From Ignavibacteriales bacterium (lineage in GTDB: Bacteria; Bacteroidota; Ignavibacteria; UBA10030): DNA of 64,000 nucleotides. Positions within the stretch are counted from its first letter, which is position 1, and each line of letters opens with the position of its first letter. A program made the position numbers and the translations under genes. The notes beneath the pieces were generated by a model. That model made no database searches. It worked only from the letters and a program-made list of their open reading frames with translations, and was not told the DNA's origin. Positions 18,900 through 29,359 of this stretch are shown here, one piece after another. The stretch spans positions 12,779-76,778 of the forward strand of contig JAPLFP010000355.1 in assembly GCA_026390585.1 (NCBI GenBank), read 5' to 3'.

Positions 18900-21413
18900 T
18901 TACGGCCCGAATGGAGCGACGCTCGGCCGTAATGGTACCGCTTCTAGCCTCACTATTATCGACTCTTCTTTGAACCCATCAGACGATGCCTTCAGATCGA
19001 GCGTTCCAGCCTCCTTTATCGACTGGACAATGACCTGGCATTTTCCATTGAACAATCGCCGCCGGTATTGGCCGACAAGATACTTGTCAGGTTCGTGACT
19101 GCTTGGGTCACCGTTGCCAACGCCGATGATCTTGCCCATTCCCTTGAGGTCGAACCGGATGAGATTGTCCGCGACCGGCACTTCTCTTCCTTTGTCGTCA
19201 AGCGCTGTAACGGTCACAACAGTGACATCCTCCCCATCGGCTTGAATGAGAGTGCGATCCGCTACCATCTTGATCCTCACGGGTTGCCCCGTCGTTTCAA
19301 CTTTTCTCACCATCTGTTTACCGTTTCGCATCCCGCGAGCTTCAAGAATTCCGGGCTGGTAGGGAACCTTCCATTCAAGGTGAGAATTGAGCTCCATCGT
19401 TTTCTTCCCGAGGCTCTTGCCATTCAGGAAGAGTTCCACGCTTTCGCAATTGCTCTGGCACCACACATCGATCATCTGCCCTTCTTTCCCTCGCCAGTTC
19501 CAGTGCGGTGCAATGTGAAGAACATCCTTGTCAGACCACCACGACTGGTAATAGAAGAAGTTGTTCTTCGGAAAACCGCACACGTCCATGATACCAAAAT
19601 GCGAGTTGATGCAAGGCCAGCTGTAGGGAGTCGGCTCGCCGCGATAGTCGAAGCCGGTCCACACAAATGCTCCTGCAAGCCATTCCCTTGCGGCATAAAA
19701 TTTCCACCATTTTTCCGCGGTCGCCCCCCAACCCGGCGGGTAGAGATCGTAGTCGCACATGTACCCTCGTGCCGTGTCATTCGCGTAGATCCCTCTCGTG
19801 CACAACGTACTCGCCTCTTCGCTCCCCAGCAGAATCTGCTCGGGATGTTCCTTCCGGTACTTGTCGATATCACTTATGCTCATATAGTTGAAGCCGCGTA
19901 TCGGCAGTATGCCGTTGATGCCGTTGAACATGTTGCCATTGTTTGCAGCGTAGGTGTACAGACGCGTCGGATCGAGTTGTTTCAGCCGCACGATCAACGA
20001 TTGTGCGATCCGCTTGCCAATGTCTGTATTCTGAATGACCCATTCTTCGTTTCCCAGCGACCATAGGATGACCGACGGATGATTCCTGTCGCGGAGAACG
20101 AGCCTCTCGAATTGACCGATCAATTCCGGTGTACTTCCCATCAAACGGTTTTCGTCCAACACCAGCATACCGAGCTTATCGCACGCCTCGAGCAGCTCGT
20201 TCGTCGGTGGATTGTGACTCGTTCTGTACGCATTGCTTCCCATTTCCTTTAATCGCTCTATCCTGTAATACTGGAGTCGGTCAGGAAGAGCTGAACCGAC
20301 ACCCGCATGGTCCTGATGGTTGCACACACCCTTGATTTCCACCCGCTTGTCGTTGAGGAAAAGCCCCTTGTCTTTGTCGAAGTGGACGGTCCGGATGCCG
20401 AAGGCGGTTCTCACGCTGTCGACCGTCACACCGTGTGATCGGACAACGGAGACGAGCGTGTACAAGTGAGGTTGCTCGATTGACCAGAGGAGGGGATTAT
20501 TCACAGCCAGTTCACCGCGAACTGTCGTTCGCTCATTCGCCGGAACGGCAGTCTCTTTTGACGAAGACGCAGCAATTGTTCCGCGCTCGTCAATGACAAA
20601 CGAAGACAGAGTACATGGAGTGCCCGTTTCAGATGTGTTGATCACATCTGTTTCAGAGTACACCTGAGCCACATTCTTCGAGACAGCGGTGTGAACGAAG
20701 ATTCCATAATCCGGGATGTGTACGGGATCTGTCTTGATCAACCAGGTGTGGCGGTAAATGCCAGCCCCTTCGTAGAACCATCCTTCATATTGGCTGACAT
20801 CGACTCTTACAACGATGACGTTCTTCTGACCATATTGCAGATAATCTGTGATGTCATAGCTGAACTCCGAATAGCCGCTGAGGTTGTTCCCGAGGTAATG
20901 TCCGTTAAACCAGACGATGCAATCACGGAATACCCCATCGAATTTCACCTCCAGCCGGCGTCCTTCGTCCTCCTTCGGAACGAAGAAGGCACGCCGGTAC
21001 CAGCCGACGGTGGACTTCGCAAATTGCCGGCCAATTGGCTTGTAACCATGGCTTTTGACATCTTCGTCTTTCACGTTTACGAAATCCAGTTCCACCGCCC
21101 AGTCATGCGGCACATCAAGAGTACGCCACGTGCTGTCGTTGAAGTTGGGGTGAATTGCGCCGGCGGTCTCTCCCGCTTTCGCGAAGGTCGCTTGCACGCC
21201 GTACTCAAAATCATTTTTGGGATCGGAGGCATCACCGAGATGAAATTTCCAACCAGAATCGAGGAGGAGTTTTTCTCTGACGGCGTGAGGAGGGTTCAGT
21301 CCTAGTACGTCGGATGCACTTCTATTTTGAGTGAGGGAGAGTGAGGTCGAGAGAAGGCACAAGCTCATCAGGATTGCCATATGACGCAAGATACTTCCGG
21401 TTTTCGTAGCCAT
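18900..21413 (-). CDS. GH2 beta-galactosidase, secreted
   Basis: YRTSHNPP, RDRNHPSVILWSLGNE acid/base motif, WTGFDYRGEP; C-terminal Ig-like domains. Confidence 0.92.
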   Translation of the reverse strand: MATKTGSILRHMAILMSLCLLSTSLSLTQNRSASDVLGLNPPHAVREKLLLDSGWKFHLGDASDPKNDFEYGVQATFAKAGETAGAIHPNFNDSTWRTLDVPHDWAVELDFVNVKDEDVKSHGYKPIGRQFAKSTVGWYRRAFFVPKEDEGRRLEVKFDGVFRDCIVWFNGHYLGNNLSGYSEFSYDITDYLQYGQKNVIVVRVDVSQYEGWFYEGAGIYRHTWLIKTDPVHIPDYGIFVHTAVSKNVAQVYSETDVINTSETGTPCTLSSFVIDERGTIAASSSKETAVPANERTTVRGELAVNNPLLWSIEQPHLYTLVSVVRSHGVTVDSVRTAFGIRTVHFDKDKGLFLNDKRVEIKGVCNHQDHAGVGSALPDRLQYYRIERLKEMGSNAYRTSHNPPTNELLEACDKLGMLVLDENRLMGSTPELIGQFERLVLRDRNHPSVILWSLGNEEWVIQNTDIGKRIAQSLIVRLKQLDPTRLYTYAANNGNMFNGINGILPIRGFNYMSISDIDKYRKEHPEQILLGSEEASTLCTRGIYANDTARGYMCDYDLYPPGWGATAEKWWKFYAAREWLAGAFVWTGFDYRGEPTPYSWPCINSHFGIMDVCGFPKNNFFYYQSWWSDKDVLHIAPHWNWRGKEGQMIDVWCQSNCESVELFLNGKSLGKKTMELNSHLEWKVPYQPGILEARGMRNGKQMVRKVETTGQPVRIKMVADRTLIQADGEDVTVVTVTALDDKGREVPVADNLIRFDLKGMGKIIGVGNGDPSSHEPDKYLVGQYRRRLFNGKCQVIVQSIKEAGTLDLKASSDGFKEESIIVRLEAVPLRPSVAPFGP

Positions 21414-21466
21414 GGCACGTTCGCCTTTCCACAGAGTATTTACGGAAAACCTCCTATTACCGGATC

Positions 21467-21916
21467 CTACACAATACGCTCAAGTTCTCCTTCGCCCATA
21501 TAGATAAGCGTGACGCCGATCTCTTTTGCGTACGCCGTTATTCTTTCGTCCTTGTAGAATTCCATGTAGTAGATGACCTTGATACCGCAGTTGACGACAA
21601 GCTTGAAGCACGCAAGACACGGAGAGGCGGTGACATAGAGCTCGGAATCGTTGATGGCAACGCCATTCTTCGCCGCCTGAGCTACGGCGTTCGCTTCGGC
21701 ATGAACCGTTCTCACGCAGTGACCGTTATCGATATCATGGCCCACGTCGTCGCAGTGTGCTGCTCCCCGCAGACTGCCGTTGTATCCGGTCGAGAGGATC
21801 GTCCGGTCCCTCACAATAACCGCACCGATGTGTTTTCGATCGCAGGTGCTGCGAGTGGCCACCTGTTCAGCGATTTTCATGAAGTACTCATGCCATTCTA
21901 TTCGTTTGTCATCCAT
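21467..21916 (-). CDS. dCMP deaminase / ComEB family zinc deaminase
   Basis: RSTC...TGYNG, HAEANA and SPCLAC zinc motifs. Confidence 0.9.
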   Translation of the reverse strand: MDDKRIEWHEYFMKIAEQVATRSTCDRKHIGAVIVRDRTILSTGYNGSLRGAAHCDDVGHDIDNGHCVRTVHAEANAVAQAAKNGVAINDSELYVTASPCLACFKLVVNCGIKVIYYMEFYKDERITAYAKEIGVTLIYMGEGELERIV

Positions 21917-22228
21917 GGAGGTGCCTCTCTGTGCGGCAAGATTGTTGCAGGTAAGAACCCCGACTTCTCATATTGACCCTGTCGTAGAAGTCGGGATTCT
22001 ACACTTAGCAGGATTGATTCGACCTGCCAATGATATTCAAACAATGGACTGAAAGCAAGGAGCGTGCTGTGTGTGGTTGATCGGCAATTAGTCATTTCGT
22101 GAAGAGAGGATGGAGCCCAGGTTGGTTTCGGAGTTCTATTTACGCCTTAAGTGTCACGCTCACACCCCAGAAGACATCACCACGAGGACCAGCGTTGGCA
22201 CAACTGAGAAAAGACTCCGGTGAGGAAC

Positions 22229-22257
22229 TTGACTTTCTCAGCTGAGAACTCTAGATT
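22229..22257 (+). promoter_or_regulatory. Sigma70-type promoter with a 14-bp palindrome in the spacer
   Basis: TTGACT-17 bp-TAGATT; ttctcagctgagaa at 22235-22248. Confidence 0.5.
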
Positions 22258-22483
22258 TGCATTGTCGTTTCAAACAGGGAGAGTACCTACCTACATTTTG
22301 CCACGCTGTTAGTTCGCTTCACGTTTTCATAGAAGGCATTTATCTCACTTCTGGAGGCATCGCTCCGTTCTTGCTAACGCTTTGGCACTTTTGCGACCAA
22401 ACGCCATTTCATTCCACTCAATGAGCAAGGGAGCGCTTATGACCATCATCACCTGTCCGACCTTTGCCGGGACACAGAATAGC

Positions 22484-24664
22484 ATGCGTCGTGCCGTTGT
22501 TGTTTCGTTTGCGACTTTCATCGTGGTATTCGGGAGCCTCGCTCAAGATCACGCGACGGTCTGGGGTGTCGTGTCCGACGCTGCAACAAACCAGCCCATC
22601 TCTCAAGTCAATATTACGCTTCAGAATCAGAAGAGCGGAACGTCCACGGACTCTTTGGGGAAGTATGTATTGCATGTCACGCCAGGTGTTCAATCGATCA
22701 GATTCAGTCACATCGGCTATCGGGTGGGGCTATCCACCGTTACGATTGACGTCGGAGAATCTCTACGCGTTGACATGACTCTCAACGCGACATCCATACC
22801 GCTCGACGAGGTGACGGTGATTGCGGATTCGCTTCCCGTCTCGCGAATACGGTCGCTCGGCGCAATCGTCTTCTCACCGATCAAGTTGCAGAATATTTCC
22901 GGAGCATTTGGAGACATTGGCAAATCGCTCCAGATCATGCCGGGAGTGACCTCAAACAATGAGATGTCAAGCCAGTTTAACGTTCGCGGCGGAACGATGT
23001 TTGAAAACCTTCTTCTTCTGAATGGAATAGAACTGATCGAGCCCTATCATTTGAAGGAATCCCCGAATACCAGTCTCGGTATCTTTAATGTGTCACTTCT
23101 CAATCGTGCGCTTTTCGTCCCGGGGGGATTTACTGCGCGCTACGGTGATCGGCTGTCGGCCGTTGTCGATCTGGAGCAGCGCGAAGGAAGAATAGACAGG
23201 TTTGGAGCGCTATTGGATCTTTCGCTTTCCGACGTCATGGCCGTTGTAGAAGGACCGATTGCCAAGAACGGCAGCGCCCTCTTGAGTTTCCGTTCGTCAT
23301 ACAGCGACTTCGTTGCGAGGTACTTGACTGATCAGAACCAACGATGGCCAACGTTTTATGATTTCAACGGATCTGTCGCCCTGGAACCCTGGAAAGGCCA
23401 TCGCCTTGCGGTGCAGATTCTCCATTCGCTAGATCAAACACACGGTCTCTCCGAAGGAGAATACAGCACTACGCTGATCGGCATCCATGGCGCATCGAGC
23501 ATCAATCCCTTTCTGATGGTTCACAGTTCGCTCTCCTTCTCCCGGCAATATGAAGACCTCCGTCGAAGCGCAAGTATCGTGATGAATGATGCAGTGAATT
23601 GGTCGAGAGATAGTGCGCGAATCGTTCTCGCCGAAGCAAAAGTCCATCTCGATGCGAAGTTAAGCGATGCCTATTCTCTTGCCACCGGTTTCCGGGTTCA
23701 AAGCTGCAACTATGACGGTATCCGAAACGAGTCTCTGCGTATCGATAGCATCGATCAGTTCCTTAAGGGATCTCTCGACAAAGCGGTGATCAAGACCGCA
23801 TTGTACGCTGAGAACATCGTGCAACTGACACGGGACCTTCTCGTCAATGCAGGATTGCGTTGCGATGTCTTCTCATTGACCCATGAGGTCAAGATGGCGC
23901 CGAGGATCCTCGTGTCGTATCAAGCAGGCGAACGAACGTTTCTCAAAGCCGCGTCCGGGCTTTACTACCAAACCCCAACGTATTATCAACTGCTTGCTGC
24001 CAATCAGGCCGGCGAACAGCCTCAGCGGATGCAGCGAGCCATTCACTACCTGATCGGCGTCGAAAGGACACTTGAGAAGGGCATGCGAGTGCACGCGGAG
24101 ATTTACTTCAAGCAACTCGATGCATTGATTTCCTATGCCCGGTTGCGAAGCGGAGATTTTGTCTATTCGCCACGCAACGACTCACGCGGTGAGATCAAGG
24201 GGGTTGACTTGGAAGCGTTGTTTAGTGACGATCGAGTGACCGGGTGGTTGAGTGTCTCGTGGATGGACGCAAAAGAAGTGAAGGACGGTCCGGGAGAGAA
24301 ATGGCATCTTCGACCGACCAGTCAACGCTTGACTCTCAACTTCGTATTCGAGCCCCGACTTGCGGAGAACTGGGTGCTGAGTCTCAGGTCATTGTATGGT
24401 ACCGGGTTTGCTTATGCAAATGATTTGCCCGGAACAAAGTATTACCAAATAAACCATTACCCCGACTACAAGCGAATCGATTTACGCTTGAATTATTCTT
24501 TCGAGGCTGGGCGAGTGCGGTCGACCACCTTTGTTGAAATCACAAACCTGTTTTCAATGCGAAACGTGCTCTCATTCCAGGGTACGCTCAACGACCCGAC
24601 AACGCCAGACTACACACTGCTCCTCCCGATGATTATCAATGTCGGGATGAAGTTCGAGTACTGA
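22484..24664 (+). CDS. TonB-dependent outer membrane receptor with carboxypeptidase-like N-terminal domain
   Basis: WGVVSDAAT..HIGY domain; plug motifs MPGV, NVRGG, GGFTARYG; C-terminal beta-strand ending in aromatic residue; start codon approximate. Confidence 0.88.
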   Translation: MRRAVVVSFATFIVVFGSLAQDHATVWGVVSDAATNQPISQVNITLQNQKSGTSTDSLGKYVLHVTPGVQSIRFSHIGYRVGLSTVTIDVGESLRVDMTLNATSIPLDEVTVIADSLPVSRIRSLGAIVFSPIKLQNISGAFGDIGKSLQIMPGVTSNNEMSSQFNVRGGTMFENLLLLNGIELIEPYHLKESPNTSLGIFNVSLLNRALFVPGGFTARYGDRLSAVVDLEQREGRIDRFGALLDLSLSDVMAVVEGPIAKNGSALLSFRSSYSDFVARYLTDQNQRWPTFYDFNGSVALEPWKGHRLAVQILHSLDQTHGLSEGEYSTTLIGIHGASSINPFLMVHSSLSFSRQYEDLRRSASIVMNDAVNWSRDSARIVLAEAKVHLDAKLSDAYSLATGFRVQSCNYDGIRNESLRIDSIDQFLKGSLDKAVIKTALYAENIVQLTRDLLVNAGLRCDVFSLTHEVKMAPRILVSYQAGERTFLKAASGLYYQTPTYYQLLAANQAGEQPQRMQRAIHYLIGVERTLEKGMRVHAEIYFKQLDALISYARLRSGDFVYSPRNDSRGEIKGVDLEALFSDDRVTGWLSVSWMDAKEVKDGPGEKWHLRPTSQRLTLNFVFEPRLAENWVLSLRSLYGTGFAYANDLPGTKYYQINHYPDYKRIDLRLNYSFEAGRVRSTTFVEITNLFSMRNVLSFQGTLNDPTTPDYTLLLPMIINVGMKFEY

Positions 24665-24765
24665 GCCACGAATAAGAGATGTCCCTTCCATTTGTGGCAT
24701 TAGACGCGTATCTTAGACACCGTTGTTTCACTGAACCAAGCCCTCATCAGACCTGAAGCAGAACT

Positions 24766-25476
24766 ATGGGAAGAATATTCGAGAAACGTAAACACAAGAT
24801 GTTTGCGAGATTCGACCGTATGTCGAAGGCATTCAACCGGATCGGGAGAGAAATTGAAATTGCCGTGAAGGCTGGCACGGCCGACCCGAAACTGAACCCG
24901 CGACTGCGCATGGCAATTCAGAATGCGCGTAGCGTCAATATGCCGAAAGACCGCATTGAAGCGGCGATCAAGCGGGCATCGTCCAAGGAGACTGCGGGAT
25001 ACCAGGAAGTATTCTATGAAGGGTACGGGCCGCACGGAATCGCCATCCTCGTAGAGTGCGCTACCGATAACCCCACCAGGACCGTTGCAAACATCCGCGT
25101 CGCCTTCTCCCGCCATCAAGGGACCCTCGGATCGAGCGGCTCCATCGCTTTCATGTTCGAGCGCAAAGGCGTCTTCCGGGTTGCCACCGCGAAGATCCCA
25201 AACCTCGACGAGTTTGAGCTGGAGATGATCGATCACGGACTGGAAGATCTCGTTCACCAGGAAGGGGACGTATTCATCTACACATCGTTCCAGGACTTTG
25301 GGAAGATGGCGAAAGCGCTGGAAGAGAAAGGTGTCGATGTGACCACAACGGAGCTCCAGTACGTTCCGACATCTACGAAGGAACTCTCCGAGGCTGAGGC
25401 AAAAGAAGTTCAGGAACTGATCGACAAGATCGAGGAAGACGACGACGTGCAATCAGTGTTTACATCAATGGGGTAA
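24766..25476 (+). CDS. yebC: YebC/PmpR (TACO1) family protein
   Basis: NPRLR, NMPKD, YEGYGPHG, TDNPTRT, EEDDDVQSVF motifs. Confidence 0.95.
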   Translation: MGRIFEKRKHKMFARFDRMSKAFNRIGREIEIAVKAGTADPKLNPRLRMAIQNARSVNMPKDRIEAAIKRASSKETAGYQEVFYEGYGPHGIAILVECATDNPTRTVANIRVAFSRHQGTLGSSGSIAFMFERKGVFRVATAKIPNLDEFELEMIDHGLEDLVHQEGDVFIYTSFQDFGKMAKALEEKGVDVTTTELQYVPTSTKELSEAEAKEVQELIDKIEEDDDVQSVFTSMG

Positions 25477-25482
25477 CCACGT

Positions 25483-25545
25483 CAAACTCGAAACTGAAAG
25501 TCCGAAACGACAAGGAAAAGTCAAAAACAAAGTTCAAATCGAAGT
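25483..25545. repeat. Heptamer repeat array (left flank of four-helix-bundle gene)
   Basis: aaactcg aaactga aagtccg aaacgac ... units, inverted relative to 26014-26075. Confidence 0.6.
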
Positions 25546-25650
25546 GCTTTGGCAAAGAGTAACTTCGCAATTCGATTGACCGACTTTTCGTCATCGACCT
25601 AATCCTCCTCAAAATCTCCTATATTCTGCCGGACATTCTCAGGAACTCGA

Positions 25651-26013
25651 ATGGATCAGACAGAATCGCCCCACCCATACGATCTGGAAGACCGGACCCT
25701 TCGATTCGCAAAAGCTGTGTTCGCATTCGTGCGCACACTTCCACCTTCCGTCGCAAACATTGAAGTTTCGAAACAACTGGTTCGATCCGCGGGTTCAGTT
25801 GGCGCCAACTACATCGAAGCCACTGAATCACTCGGAAAGAAAGACTTCTTAATGAAAGTGAAAATTTCCAGACGAGAAGCAAAGGAAAGCCGGTATTGGC
25901 TTGAGCTGGTGCACAGCGGACCAGATGAAGCGAGCGCGCAAGAAAGGCTCATCAATGAATCCGTCCAGTTGATGAAAATCTTCGGAGCAATTATCAGAAA
26001 CCGGCAATCCTAG
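25651..26013 (+). CDS. Four helix bundle protein (23S rRNA IVS protein-like family)
   Basis: DLEDRT..FA, KQLVRSAGSVGANYIEA, DFLMKVKISRREAKESRYWL signature. Confidence 0.92.
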   Translation: MDQTESPHPYDLEDRTLRFAKAVFAFVRTLPPSVANIEVSKQLVRSAGSVGANYIEATESLGKKDFLMKVKISRREAKESRYWLELVHSGPDEASAQERLINESVQLMKIFGAIIRNRQS

Positions 26014-26075
26014 CTCTTGGTTTTTGAAATTTTGAGCTTCCTTTTGTTTTTCGATCTTCGGATTTGATTTTTCGC
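26014..26075. repeat. Inverted heptamer repeat array (right flank)
   Basis: ttggttt ttgaaat ... cgatctt cggattt gattttt units. Confidence 0.6.
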
Positions 26076-26098
26076 AGTGTGGATTGATTGGGAGCAAC

Positions 26099-26130
26099 AA
26101 AAAAAAGCCCCACACTTGTGAGGCCCTTTG
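26099..26130 (-). terminator. Terminator of the oxidoreductase operon
   Basis: Minus strand gggcctcaca-ag-tgtggggc followed by T8. Confidence 0.6.
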
Positions 26131-26175
26131 TCCTACCAGACCAGCCGCCGATGTGAACCGACGACTGCAAGATTC

Positions 26176-26745
26176 TTACGCCAAAACCTTCTCAGGTTCC
26201 CCCTTCAATAGTTTCAGTCCGTACTCATATCCCTTCTCAAAGGCGGCGAAGTTAAGTTCTTCCGTCCCTTTGGGGACAGAGACCTTCACGGCATTCCGTG
26301 CAGCTTCGCGGCCCACGATGTTGGTGATCGCCGTCGCGAAACCGAGCATCACAATGTTCAGCACAAGCCGTTTTCCAAGTTCCTCTGCGAAGCGGGTCGC
26401 CGGAATCGAATAGTGCTTGACGTCGCTCCGAAGATTGTGCGTCGCAACCAGATCCTCTTCGGTGAGGAGCATCCCGCCCGGCGCAAGCTCGGGAGAGAAT
26501 TTCGAGTACGCTTCCTGCGACATCAAAACCATCACATTCGGCGCCACGATGTACGGATAGGTGATCGGCTCATCCGAGATGATCAACTGTGCACTCGTTG
26601 CACTACCACGCGCCTCAGGCCCAAATGCCTGAATCATGGTCGCATTTTTGTTATCGAAGATGGAAGCCGCTCTTCCAAGAATATATCCGCTGAGAATGAC
26701 TCCCTGACCTCCAAAACCTCCAATTTTAATCTCGGTCCTAGGCAT
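26176..26745 (-). CDS. korC: 2-oxoacid:ferredoxin oxidoreductase gamma subunit
   Basis: GGFGGQGVIL, FGPEARG, NIVMLG motifs. Confidence 0.9.
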   Translation of the reverse strand: MPRTEIKIGGFGGQGVILSGYILGRAASIFDNKNATMIQAFGPEARGSATSAQLIISDEPITYPYIVAPNVMVLMSQEAYSKFSPELAPGGMLLTEEDLVATHNLRSDVKHYSIPATRFAEELGKRLVLNIVMLGFATAITNIVGREAARNAVKVSVPKGTEELNFAAFEKGYEYGLKLLKGEPEKVLA

Positions 26746-27634
26746 GGAATACCTTCCTCATTTCTTCAGAGGGAACGTATCGGTCCCCGAATTTCTTCTG
26801 ATAATGTTGGTTCATCGCTTGCAGATAGGTCGGTCGTTCTTTGTCGACGAACTTGCCAACGACGATGTCGCCCTGGAACTCGAGCGCTACAGTCTTCGTA
26901 TCGGCTCCGTTCTTGATCTGGCTGTGGTCACGATAAAACTCCATCTGGTCGAGGCCATCTCCAAGTTTGTTGCGGCGGCTGTAGAGCGTCGGGCACGGGG
27001 CCAGGATCTCGATGAACGAAAAGCCCTTCTTCGCCAACGCCTCCTTGATGGATTTCGTCAGATGTCTGACGTGATGGGCTGTCCATCGTGCCACATAAAC
27101 GGCTCCGCATGACTCCGCAAGAAACGGCAAATTGAAAGTCTCCTCGAAGTTGCCATGCGGCGTGGTGGATGCTGTTGCTCCGACGGGCGTTGTCGGTGCC
27201 ACCTGTCCACCTGTCATTCCATAAATCATATTATTGATCAGGATGACCGTGATATCCATGTTGCGACGCGCAGCGTGGATGAAGTGATTGCCGCCGATCG
27301 CTGTGAGATCACCGTCGCCGCTGTAGACCACGACCTTCAACTCTGGATTGGCCAGCTTGAGACCTGTGGCAAAGGGTATCGCCCGACCGTGCGTTGTGTG
27401 AAAGGAATCCAGGTTCATATAGCCCGCCACACGTCCCGTGCAGCCAATCCCAGAAACCATCGCTACCTTGTCGAGATCCAGTCCGCTGGTCTGTAGAGCG
27501 CGCACGAAACAGTTCACCGTTGTGCCGATCCCGCAGCCCGGACACCAAATGTGCGGCATCCGATCCATCCGGAGGTACTCTTCAATCGGATTCGCCGGGA
27601 TATTGGCTTCTATTTCATAAAGTTCTTCTGGCAT
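26738..27634 (-). CDS. korB: 2-oxoacid:ferredoxin oxidoreductase beta subunit
   Basis: WCPGCG, SGIGC, HGRA, GDGD...GGNH TPP motif, NNMIYGMTGGQ. Confidence 0.92.
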   Translation of the reverse strand: MPEELYEIEANIPANPIEEYLRMDRMPHIWCPGCGIGTTVNCFVRALQTSGLDLDKVAMVSGIGCTGRVAGYMNLDSFHTTHGRAIPFATGLKLANPELKVVVYSGDGDLTAIGGNHFIHAARRNMDITVILINNMIYGMTGGQVAPTTPVGATASTTPHGNFEETFNLPFLAESCGAVYVARWTAHHVRHLTKSIKEALAKKGFSFIEILAPCPTLYSRRNKLGDGLDQMEFYRDHSQIKNGADTKTVALEFQGDIVVGKFVDKERPTYLQAMNQHYQKKFGDRYVPSEEMRKVFHA

Positions 27635-27636
27635 GA

Positions 27637-28800
27637 TCACTTCCCTCGAATAGATTTTTCAATTGCCGCCAGGATATCCTTCGGCTGATGAACTGTTCCG
27701 CCGGCGTGGGGAACGGAAACGATGTTACACTTCCCTGCTGCGCAGCGCTCGACTTCATACACCATCTGGCCCATGTTCAATTCGGGCACGACAATCGACT
27801 TCACACGCCCGGCCAGCTCTCTGATGCGTTTCTCGGGAAACGGCCAGCACACAATAAGTCGGAGATGTCCAACCTTCAACCCTTTGGCCCTTGCCTGCTC
27901 GATCGCCGGAATGGCTGTTCGTGATGTGATCCCATACGTCACGACGACAATATCCGCCCCCTCGATGTTCTCTTCTTCGTACTTGATGATGTCGTCGGCA
28001 TGCAGCCGAATTTTGTCCATCAGTCGTTGGACGAGTTTCCCCTGCGCACTGACGGACATGTTGGGATATCCCTTTTCGTCGTGAGTCAATCCCGTCACGT
28101 GAATCCGGTAGCCGTCGCCGGCTTTCACCATCATCGGAACAAGATCCCTCCCCGCTTCGAATGGGAGGTAATTCTCTTTCGGTCCTTCATACACTTTTCG
28201 ATTGTGCACTTCAATCTTTTCCGCCGCTGGGATGACGACTCGTTCGATCATGTGACCGACACATTCGTCCATCATCATCATGACTGGAACACGATAGCGC
28301 TCGGAGAGGTTGAATGCGTGGATCGTGAGGTCAAAACATTCTTGCGGAGAGTTGGGTGCAATGGCGATGATCTGATAGTCCCCATGCGAACCCCAGCGCG
28401 CCTGCATCATGTCGCCCTGGGCGGGCATGGTCGGCAAGCCGGTGGACGGACCCGCACGCTGAACGTCAACGAACACACACGGAGTCTCGGTCATAGCAGC
28501 GAGTCCAATGTGTTCCATCATCAGCGAGAAGCCGGGACCGGACGTTACCGTCATTGCTTTCTTGCCGCCCCAGACTGCTCCCTGGATGGCGATGGATGAT
28601 GCGATTTCATCTTCCATTTGAATGAAGACTCCACCGACGAACGGAAAGCGATCCGCAATTCGTTCGACAACTTCCGTCGATGGTGTGATGGGGTATCCGG
28701 CAACGAACCGACAGCCTGCTGCGATTGCTCCTTCGCTGCACGCGTGGTCACCATCGATGAAATGAGCTCCCGTGAGAACTCCAATTGGATCTGCGTGCAC
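27637..28800 (-). CDS. korA: 2-oxoacid:ferredoxin oxidoreductase alpha subunit
   Basis: GYPITPSTE, QMEDEI, TSGPGFSLMME, QRAGPSTGLPT. Confidence 0.92.
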   Translation of the reverse strand: MHADPIGVLTGAHFIDGDHACSEGAIAAGCRFVAGYPITPSTEVVERIADRFPFVGGVFIQMEDEIASSIAIQGAVWGGKKAMTVTSGPGFSLMMEHIGLAAMTETPCVFVDVQRAGPSTGLPTMPAQGDMMQARWGSHGDYQIIAIAPNSPQECFDLTIHAFNLSERYRVPVMMMMDECVGHMIERVVIPAAEKIEVHNRKVYEGPKENYLPFEAGRDLVPMMVKAGDGYRIHVTGLTHDEKGYPNMSVSAQGKLVQRLMDKIRLHADDIIKYEEENIEGADIVVVTYGITSRTAIPAIEQARAKGLKVGHLRLIVCWPFPEKRIRELAGRVKSIVVPELNMGQMVYEVERCAAGKCNIVSVPHAGGTVHQPKDILAAIEKSIRGK

Positions 28801-28802
28801 GA

Positions 28803-29066
28803 TCAAGCCTCCTTGGTTTTCTTCTTCATGATGTAGCCATAGATTGCAAAATCAGGACAGACCATTCCGCAAATGTCGCATCCGGTGCATTGATCACGCT
28901 TCACCAGAATTGGTGTGTGGTAGCCTTTCGAATTATATTCGCTCGCGAGTTCCAGCACTTCGGGAGGGCAAAACTCAACGCAGAATCCGCAACCCTTGCA
29001 TCGCTCTGCCGAGATGACAACACTCCCTTTTGCAGCTTTTTTTGTCTGTTCTGCTACTTCGGCCAT
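28803..29066 (-). CDS. korD: 2-oxoacid:ferredoxin oxidoreductase delta subunit (2x[4Fe-4S])
   Basis: CKGCGFCVEFCP and CTGCDICGMVCP; first gene of the operon. Confidence 0.9.
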   Translation of the reverse strand: MAEVAEQTKKAAKGSVVISAERCKGCGFCVEFCPPEVLELASEYNSKGYHTPILVKRDQCTGCDICGMVCPDFAIYGYIMKKKTKEA

Positions 29067-29276
29067 ATCTGCTTTCCCTTTTGGATTTTTGGGTCTTAAA
29101 AATGATACAATATGTATGCCGACCGAAATTCTGGCCGTTTCATGCATTTTGGCAAACAGAAGGAGGCTTGAAGTGTCGGAATTCCTATTTCTGGAAATGG
29201 GAATCCGAATCATAGGTTTGCCGGGGAATCAGAGGCACATTTGGAACGGTGTTCAGCAACTGCGCAGCATAGTCTC

Positions 29277-29354
29277 GCCACAAGGGCACAAAGACACCAA
29301 GCAAAGTATTTCAGATTTTCAATTCTCTATTTGTGTCCTCGTGTCTTCGCGGCA
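29277..29354. repeat. Inverted octamer-repeat element (CACAAAGA type)
   Basis: gccacaagggcacaaagacaccaag ... ttgtgtcctcgtgtcttcgcggc; second copy in opposite orientation at 55992-56096. Confidence 0.7.
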
Positions 29355-29359
29355 CGTCA

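Noticed and set aside
25651..26013. Diversity-generating retroelement suggested by the Avd-like fold
   Set aside because: No reverse transcriptase or TR/VR pair in the window; the sodC and MFS duplicates do not show adenine-specific changes
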